Below, one piece after another: positions 58,354 through 64,000 of a DNA stretch of 64,000 nucleotides. Below the pieces are notes generated by a model, which did no database searches, was not told where the DNA came from, and worked only from the letters and a program-made list of their open reading frames with translations. Numbering within the stretch: position 1 is the first letter of the stretch; each line of letters opens with the position of its first letter. The stretch spans positions 91,280 to 155,279 of the forward strand of contig CAZBHK010000001.1 in the NCBI GenBank assembly GCA_964491895.1. Reading direction: 5' to 3'. This stretch comes from an uncultured Pseudomonadota bacterium (GTDB taxonomy: Bacteria; Babelota; Babeliae; Babelales; UBA12411). The position numbers and the translations under genes are program-made.

Positions 58354-59556
58354 ATGTTTGAAAACAATAACTATATCGGTATTTTGGGAATAGTTACAAT
58401 CTTGTGTGTAGCATATTTGTTCTCTAGTAATAGAAAAAAAATAAATTTTAGACTTGTTATTAATGCATTGTTAATGCAATTTTTCTTAGCTTTCTTTATT
58501 CTTAAAACACATATAGGTAAAGCATTGTTCTTAAGATTAGCTAGTGGGTTTAGGCGTATTTATGAGTTTGCATCAGAAGGTTCAGGATTTGTATTTGGAA
58601 GGTTGGCAGATCCTTCAGGTCCATGGATGATGATTTTTGCAATTAAGGTTGCATCAGTAATAATCTTTTTTGGTGCGCTTATGTCAGTACTATACCATTT
58701 AAGAATAATACAGCTTTTGGTCAAAATAGTATCTTTTATAATACGTCCTATTCTTGGAACTTCAGGAGCAGAAACATTATGTGCTGCAGCTAACAGTATG
58801 CTTGGTCAAACTGAAGCACCATTACTTATAAGAAATTATTTAGACAGAATGACTAGGTCAGAGATATTGGTTGTAATGGTAAGTGGTATGGCAACACTTA
58901 GTGGTGCTATATTAGCTGTATATGGCTCTATAGGTGTTCCTATGTTACATTTATTGACAGCAAGTGTTATGGCGATACCTGGTTCTATTCTAATTTCTAA
59001 AATATTATTACCAGAGACAGAGACACCTGAGACTATGGGGAATAAGCAAGTAGAAATGAAGAGTACAGCTACAAATATTTTAGATGCAATATCAACCGGT
59101 ACTACCGATGGTCTAGGTTTAGCAGTTAATGTTTTAGCCATGCTTATTACATTTATTAGTTTAATTTCATTAATCAATTTTTTATTGGCATATGTAGGCT
59201 TTTATACATTGAATGATATTTTTGCTAATATTTTTGGTCCATTTGCATATTTGTTAGGTATTCCAAAACTAGAAACAGAAGCAGCAGGTGCTCTTCTTGG
59301 TCAAAAATTGGTTATTAATGAGTTTGTAGCCTTTAGTAATTTTAAGGACTTTGTTATTTCTGAACGGACAAAAGCAATTTTAACATATGCCTTAGCTGGA
59401 TTTTCAAATTTTTCGTGTATTGGTATTCAAATAGGTGGTATTGGTTCATTATCTCCTAAGAAGCGTGATGTATTGGTGCAGTTAGGTATGCGAGCACTTT
59501 TGGGTGGAACACTTACAAACTTTTTGAATGCTGCAATAGCGTCACTTTTAATTTGA
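58354..59556 (+). CDS. nupC: Concentrative nucleoside transporter (NupC/CNT)
   Basis: LGQTEAPL, GQKLVINEFVAF, YALAGFSNFSCIGIQIGG. Confidence 0.92.
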   Translation: MFENNNYIGILGIVTILCVAYLFSSNRKKINFRLVINALLMQFFLAFFILKTHIGKALFLRLASGFRRIYEFASEGSGFVFGRLADPSGPWMMIFAIKVASVIIFFGALMSVLYHLRIIQLLVKIVSFIIRPILGTSGAETLCAAANSMLGQTEAPLLIRNYLDRMTRSEILVVMVSGMATLSGAILAVYGSIGVPMLHLLTASVMAIPGSILISKILLPETETPETMGNKQVEMKSTATNILDAISTGTTDGLGLAVNVLAMLITFISLISLINFLLAYVGFYTLNDIFANIFGPFAYLLGIPKLETEAAGALLGQKLVINEFVAFSNFKDFVISERTKAILTYALAGFSNFSCIGIQIGGIGSLSPKKRDVLVQLGMRALLGGTLTNFLNAAIASLLI

Positions 59557-59565
59557 TGGAAACTT

Positions 59566-59832
59566 ATGTATAACAAATTAGTTATTTCTTTTTTATTATG
59601 TACTACAATAATTTTTTCTGCGCCAAATAATATTGATTTAAATTATGATGCTTTTACATGCTTTTTATTTAAGCGATATACAGACATTAAAAACTCTAAA
59701 ACAGTTGGAGAATCTAAGCGATATTTAATTATGCGTACAATTGATTCTATATTTGTGGGTGGGAGTTTTGATAATTTGGATCCTATTGTACGAGAAGAGG
59801 CAATTAGGTTACTTAGAGAGTTTAACGCTTGA
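59566..59832 (+). CDS. Small hypothetical secreted protein (88 aa)
   Basis: Signal-like N-terminus ending FSAPNN; 9 nt after the nupC stop; co-oriented. Confidence 0.65.
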   Translation: MYNKLVISFLLCTTIIFSAPNNIDLNYDAFTCFLFKRYTDIKNSKTVGESKRYLIMRTIDSIFVGGSFDNLDPIVREEAIRLLREFNA

Positions 59833-59836
59833 TAGC

Positions 59837-60853
59837 TTAATTATTTTTTTCTGTTATATAGGCGATTGTATTATTGTGAATAATTTTTAAACCACACGCT
59901 TGGTATTCTAATAATTTTGTAGGTCGTGATACCCAATTTATAATATCATTTTCTCTAAATAAGAGACCTGCATCACATGCAGATAAATATTGATTTAATT
60001 CTTCGGGAAGAACACTTAGGAGCTTATATTTGGTTGATGGGATTTTATCGAGTAGTGTTTGAAATTTATTTATATCTTTAGAAAGTATTAGTAAAAAATT
60101 ATTAGAAGAAAGATTTTTTTCAAAAAAGTTTATGGTTTCTTCTATGCATTGCCATGGCTGTGCTGAGCCGTTATAGCAATAAACAAAAGCTGTTTTATCG
60201 ATGCCTAGTTCATTACGTATTTGTTCTCTGAAAAATTTAATTTGAGCTTTGTTTGGTTGATAAATTTCTTCTTCAGAAATTATAATTTTATTTTTATCTG
60301 CTTTAAAAGTTTTTACTAAGTATTTTTTTAAAGCAGAACTTACAGCCTCGATTATTACTCGTGGAGAGCTGTATGTTAATCGTTCTATTTTATAATAGTT
60401 TTTATAAAGAAAGAATGAGATAATTTTTTTACAAAAGTTTTCTTGTATAAATTTTTTTGTATAACGAAATTCCTCTGCACATAATCCACGTGCTTGGACT
60501 TTTATATTTTTTATTGTTGATTGTAATGTTACGTAGCCAGCAAGTGGTCCACGTGCTATTATTTCACCATCAGAGATTTTATTTAATATTTTTTTTAGTT
60601 TATAAATTGATGGAATAAAGCTTAACTGTCCGAAAAATGGATAACGTTTAATTTGAATAATTGTTAATCGGTTACTTATAGGAATATATTTTTTTATAAT
60701 ATCATTTGATAAAATTTTTTTTTCAAATGATATAAGTGTTACATTTAAGTTAGTATTCTTATTTAATTTTTCAATTAAAGGTGAAAGAACTACATTAAAG
60801 AATACAGAATTTGTAATACTATCATACATTATGAATGTTAAATGCATGTACAA
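59837..60853 (-). CDS. Glycosyltransferase (GT4-like, GT-B)
   Basis: YCYNGS, LSACDAGLLFR, SRPTKLLEYQACGL. Confidence 0.8.
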   Translation of the reverse strand: MYMHLTFIMYDSITNSVFFNVVLSPLIEKLNKNTNLNVTLISFEKKILSNDIIKKYIPISNRLTIIQIKRYPFFGQLSFIPSIYKLKKILNKISDGEIIARGPLAGYVTLQSTIKNIKVQARGLCAEEFRYTKKFIQENFCKKIISFFLYKNYYKIERLTYSSPRVIIEAVSSALKKYLVKTFKADKNKIIISEEEIYQPNKAQIKFFREQIRNELGIDKTAFVYCYNGSAQPWQCIEETINFFEKNLSSNNFLLILSKDINKFQTLLDKIPSTKYKLLSVLPEELNQYLSACDAGLLFRENDIINWVSRPTKLLEYQACGLKIIHNNTIAYITEKNN

Positions 60854-60880
60854 CCCTTTTAATGTGATTATAGATCGAAT

Positions 60881-63244
60881 ATGAAATTTATAAAATGGTT
60901 TGAAGATGTAACAATTAAGGATGTTTCTCTTGTTGGCGGTAAGAACGCCTCGCTTGGGGAGATGATCGGATCCTTGAGTTCAAAGGGTGTGATGGTGCCT
61001 GGTGGATTTGCAGTGACTGCAGATGGTTATAGATATTATTTATCTGAGAACCATTTAGATGAAAAAATTAATTCATTATTATTGAATCTTGATAAAAATA
61101 ATTTAAAAGAATTAAGTAGTATCGGTTCTTCCGTAAGAGCCTTGATTTTAAATGCTTCTTTTCCAGAGGCATTACAAAAAGAGATAACTGAGTCGTATCA
61201 AGAGTTATGTAAAAAGTATGGACAGGATTGTGATGTCGCTGTTCGCTCATCTGGTACAGCAGAAGATTTACCTGAAGCTTCGTTTGCTGGACAGCAAGAG
61301 ACTTTTTTAGGAGTTCGCGGTGTTGAGAAGCTTATCGACTCATGTAAGAAATCGTTTGCTTCATTGTTTACAGATAGGGCTATTTCATATCGTATTGATC
61401 ATAGTTTTGGTTACTTGAGTATAGCGCTTTCTATAGGTATACAAAAAATGGTACGTTCAGATAAGGCATGCGCTGGTGTTATTTTTACACTAGATACAGA
61501 GACTGGTTTTAGAAATGTAATTATGATTAATTCTTCTTATGGATTAGGAGAGAGTGTTGTATCCGGGAAGGTTAATCCTGATGAGTTTTATGTTCATAAA
61601 GAAACTCTTTTGAATGGGTATAAACCTATTTTGAAGAAAAGACTTGGTGATAAAAGTAATAAAATTGTGTATTCACAAGATGGCACAGTTACTGAAGATG
61701 TTACATTAGAAGAACAACAAAAATTTTCGTTAACAGATGATGAAATCTTACAGCTTTCTAAGTATGCATTGATTATTGAAGATCATTATTCTAAAAAATA
61801 TGATCGTTGGATGCCAATGGATATTGAATGGGCTAAGGATGGAGTAGATCAAAAATTGTATATTGTTCAGGCAAGACCTGAAACTGTGCATGCAAGACAA
61901 GAAAATAATATTTTGGAGAGTTATGAGCTTCTTGAAGAAGGTAAGGTTCTTATTGAGGGTAGGGCGGTAGGTAGGAAAATTGTATCAGGTAAAGCAAAGG
62001 TTATTGATTCTCCTGAGAATATAGGCGAAGTGAAAAAGGGCGATATTCTTGTTACAGATATGACCGATCCAGATTGGGAACCGATTATGAAATTGGCTTC
62101 TGGTATTATTACAAACCGTGGGGGTAGGACTTGTCATGCTGCAATAGTTAGCAGGGAGCTTGGGATACCAGCTATTGTTGGAACTTCAAATGTAACCTCT
62201 GTAATTAAGAGTGGTCAATCTATAACAATGGATTGTAGTGGTGGAGAGGTTGGCACAGTTTATGAAGGTGAGCTTAAGTTCAAGTTAAATAAGGTTGTAT
62301 TGGATAAGTTACCTAAGCTTAAAACTAAAATTATGATGAATGTTGGGAACCCTAATGAAGCATTTGGATTTGCTATGATTCCTAATGATGGTGTCGGACT
62401 GGCTAGGTTGGAGTTTATTATAAATAATTCTATTTATATTCATCCTATGGCATTAGTTCATCCAGAAATTGTTAAGGATGAGAAGGTTTTAGATAAAATA
62501 GAAAAACTTACCTTTGGATATACTGATAAAAAAAGATTTTTTATAGATAAATTAGCACAAGAGGCTGGAACTATAGCTGCAGCGTTCTATCCTAAGCCTG
62601 TTATTATACGTATGTCTGACTTCAAGAGTAATGAATACAGAAAACTTATAGGTGGAGAGTTTTTTGAGCCAGAAGAAGAAAATCCAATGATAGGCTTTAG
62701 AGGTGCCTCTAGGTATTATAATGATAAATATAGAGAGGCATTTGCCTTGGAATGTATTGCTGTAAGGAAAATTAGGGAAGAGATGGGATTTTCTAATGTT
62801 AAGATTATGATTCCATTTGTTCGTACAGTTACAGAAGGCGAGACAGTTATAGCTGAATTAGAGAAAAATGGGTTGAAGCGTAGCAAGGATCTAGAAATTA
62901 TAATGATGTGTGAGATTCCTTCAAATGTGATACTTTTGGATGAGTTTTGTAAGGTATTTGATGGGTTTTCTATAGGTTCTAATGATCTTACACAAATGAC
63001 ATTGGCAATCGATAGGGATTCAAATTTGGTAGCACAGCTCTTTGATGAAAGAAACGAGGCTGTGAAAAAGATGATTAAGCTTGCTATAGATGGAGCGAAA
63101 AGAAATAATAAACCTATTGGAATTTGTGGCCAGGCTCCTTCAGATTATCCCGAGATCGCTAAGTTCTTGATAAAGTGTGGTATCGATTCTATGTCACTTA
63201 ACCCTGATACTGTCTTGAGTACTATGATGATGCTTTCCAGTTGA
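60881..63244 (+). CDS. ppsA: Phosphoenolpyruvate synthase (pyruvate, water dikinase)
   Basis: VGGKNASLGEM, AVRSSGTAED, QARPET, GGRTCHAAI, NPMIGFRG, GICGQAPSD. Confidence 0.97.
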   Translation: MKFIKWFEDVTIKDVSLVGGKNASLGEMIGSLSSKGVMVPGGFAVTADGYRYYLSENHLDEKINSLLLNLDKNNLKELSSIGSSVRALILNASFPEALQKEITESYQELCKKYGQDCDVAVRSSGTAEDLPEASFAGQQETFLGVRGVEKLIDSCKKSFASLFTDRAISYRIDHSFGYLSIALSIGIQKMVRSDKACAGVIFTLDTETGFRNVIMINSSYGLGESVVSGKVNPDEFYVHKETLLNGYKPILKKRLGDKSNKIVYSQDGTVTEDVTLEEQQKFSLTDDEILQLSKYALIIEDHYSKKYDRWMPMDIEWAKDGVDQKLYIVQARPETVHARQENNILESYELLEEGKVLIEGRAVGRKIVSGKAKVIDSPENIGEVKKGDILVTDMTDPDWEPIMKLASGIITNRGGRTCHAAIVSRELGIPAIVGTSNVTSVIKSGQSITMDCSGGEVGTVYEGELKFKLNKVVLDKLPKLKTKIMMNVGNPNEAFGFAMIPNDGVGLARLEFIINNSIYIHPMALVHPEIVKDEKVLDKIEKLTFGYTDKKRFFIDKLAQEAGTIAAAFYPKPVIIRMSDFKSNEYRKLIGGEFFEPEEENPMIGFRGASRYYNDKYREAFALECIAVRKIREEMGFSNVKIMIPFVRTVTEGETVIAELEKNGLKRSKDLEIIMMCEIPSNVILLDEFCKVFDGFSIGSNDLTQMTLAIDRDSNLVAQLFDERNEAVKKMIKLAIDGAKRNNKPIGICGQAPSDYPEIAKFLIKCGIDSMSLNPDTVLSTMMMLSS

Positions 63245-63448
63245 TGGTGGTACAAGCTTAGGATTACGTATATTTCTGTAATGCCAGCAGTTACTGCACC
63301 AGCTTTTGGTATTATTCTTGTAAGAATAACAGTTACATTTACAGTTAAGATAGTTAAGATTATGGCCATTGTACTTGTAGCATTCACCTTGAACTGCATA
63401 TATAGATGTGCTTAATAACATAATGATTATAAAAAATCTCTTTTTCAT
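63194..63448 (-). CDS. Small secreted Cys-rich protein
   Basis: Strong ggaggag RBS; MKKR plus hydrophobic signal; 6 Cys (C..CxCxC..CxxCxH). Confidence 0.7.
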   Translation of the reverse strand: MKKRFFIIIMLLSTSIYAVQGECYKYNGHNLNYLNCKCNCYSYKNNTKSWCSNCWHYRNIRNPKLVPPSTGKHHHSTQDSIRVK

Positions 63449-63818
63449 ACTATTCTCCTCCTAGTTTATAATAAGATTATTTCTATTAGAAAAGCAATAG
63501 AATGAGTTTTCTAATGTTTTTTTATCAAATATTTATTTTATAACATTGTTTTTATTGGCTAAAGCTCAACGCTTTGTATAAAACATTTTGAAAGCGTTAA
63601 ATTTTATATATTAGTGTTCTTTTTTTTACTAATAGACAATAAGTGTGGTATAGGGCTGACTGAAATATGAAAAAATAATGTTAATATCAATGATGTTTTT
63701 AATAGTTTTAAATTTTCTTAAGCCTAGGTCTAGAAAATAGCTAAATAATATTGCAGCTAACTACAAATAGAGTTAAGCTATCATTTATATGGTAAAATGC
63801 TGTTAAATTTGGGATTTT

Positions 63819-64000
63819 ATGGTTGTATATATTACATTTTTTGTATTAGCAGCGATAGTAGGATTTATTTATGGGCTTTTATTCGTTAAAGCTCAAAGAA
63901 GAAAGTTTATGAGCAAGGCGGGAACTCTTGCTCATTCTTTTTTTTCTATGGCAAGATATGTAAGCTTAGCTATTGGATTATGGTATTTATATCCTTATGG
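63819..64000 (+). CDS. Partial hydrophobic ORF running off the window (possibly AtpI/AtpR-like)
   Basis: Hand-translated MVVYITFFVLAAIVGFIYGLLFVKAQRRKF..SMARYVSLAIGLWYLYPYG; open to the window end; family guess is weak. Confidence 0.45.
   Translation, partial: MVVYITFFVLAAIVGFIYGLLFVKAQRRKFMSKAGTLAHSFFSMARYVSLAIGLWYLYPY

Noticed and set aside
63145-63399. Alternative 84-aa minus-strand ORF overlapping the Cys-rich gene
   Set aside because: No RBS; the 63194-63448 frame has a strong RBS and signal peptide
63480-63600. Short inverted repeats in the last intergenic region (e.g. aacgcttt/aaagcgtt at 63568-63598)
   Set aside because: 7-9 bp AT-rich stems are expected by chance; no riboswitch or operator pattern recognised
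1-64000. CRISPR array, rRNA, prophage, inteins or group I/II introns
   Set aside because: No regularly spaced repeats or GC-rich rRNA-like segment, and conserved genes (fusA, tuf, ftsZ, ppsA) have normal lengths

Overview
AT-rich bacterial chromosome segment (genetic code 11, mostly + strand). Gene content and the many signal-peptide ORFans suggest a reduced, host-associated lineage, probably Dependentiae/Babelota (TM6); that placement is inference. 109-19089 is an uninterrupted str-S10-spc-alpha superoperon (rpsL to rplQ, with secY, adk, map, infA, rpoA). It lacks rpmD and includes rpmC and rpmJ, which the ORF track missed. The rest holds an NfuA-like gene, potABCD, lepB, an NhaC-family transporter, metG plus a separate tRNA-binding domain, sufS-sufU-pepA, nurA, tyrS, an FKBP, a TnpB-only IS200/IS605 element, a DEAD-box helicase, 4 tRNAs, a deoxynucleoside kinase, rlmB, ftsQAZ-pgeF, pgi/pmi-rpmE-prfA, nupC and ppsA. 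Four tandem paralogue pairs stand out: GT4, PQ-loop, TMTC-like, and site-2 protease (one active, one dead). The best leads are: (1) an orphan signal-peptide EndoU-type RNase with NLS-, CDK- and cyclin-docking-like motifs; (2) its TTxxFSAPNN N-terminal signature, shared with an unrelated small secreted protein; (3) the active/pseudo site-2 protease pair; (4) a natural K43V/R86K S12; (5) an A8 run that could fuse MetRS to its tRNA-binding domain. No CRISPR array or rRNA was seen. All family calls come from motif recognition by eye, with no database search.
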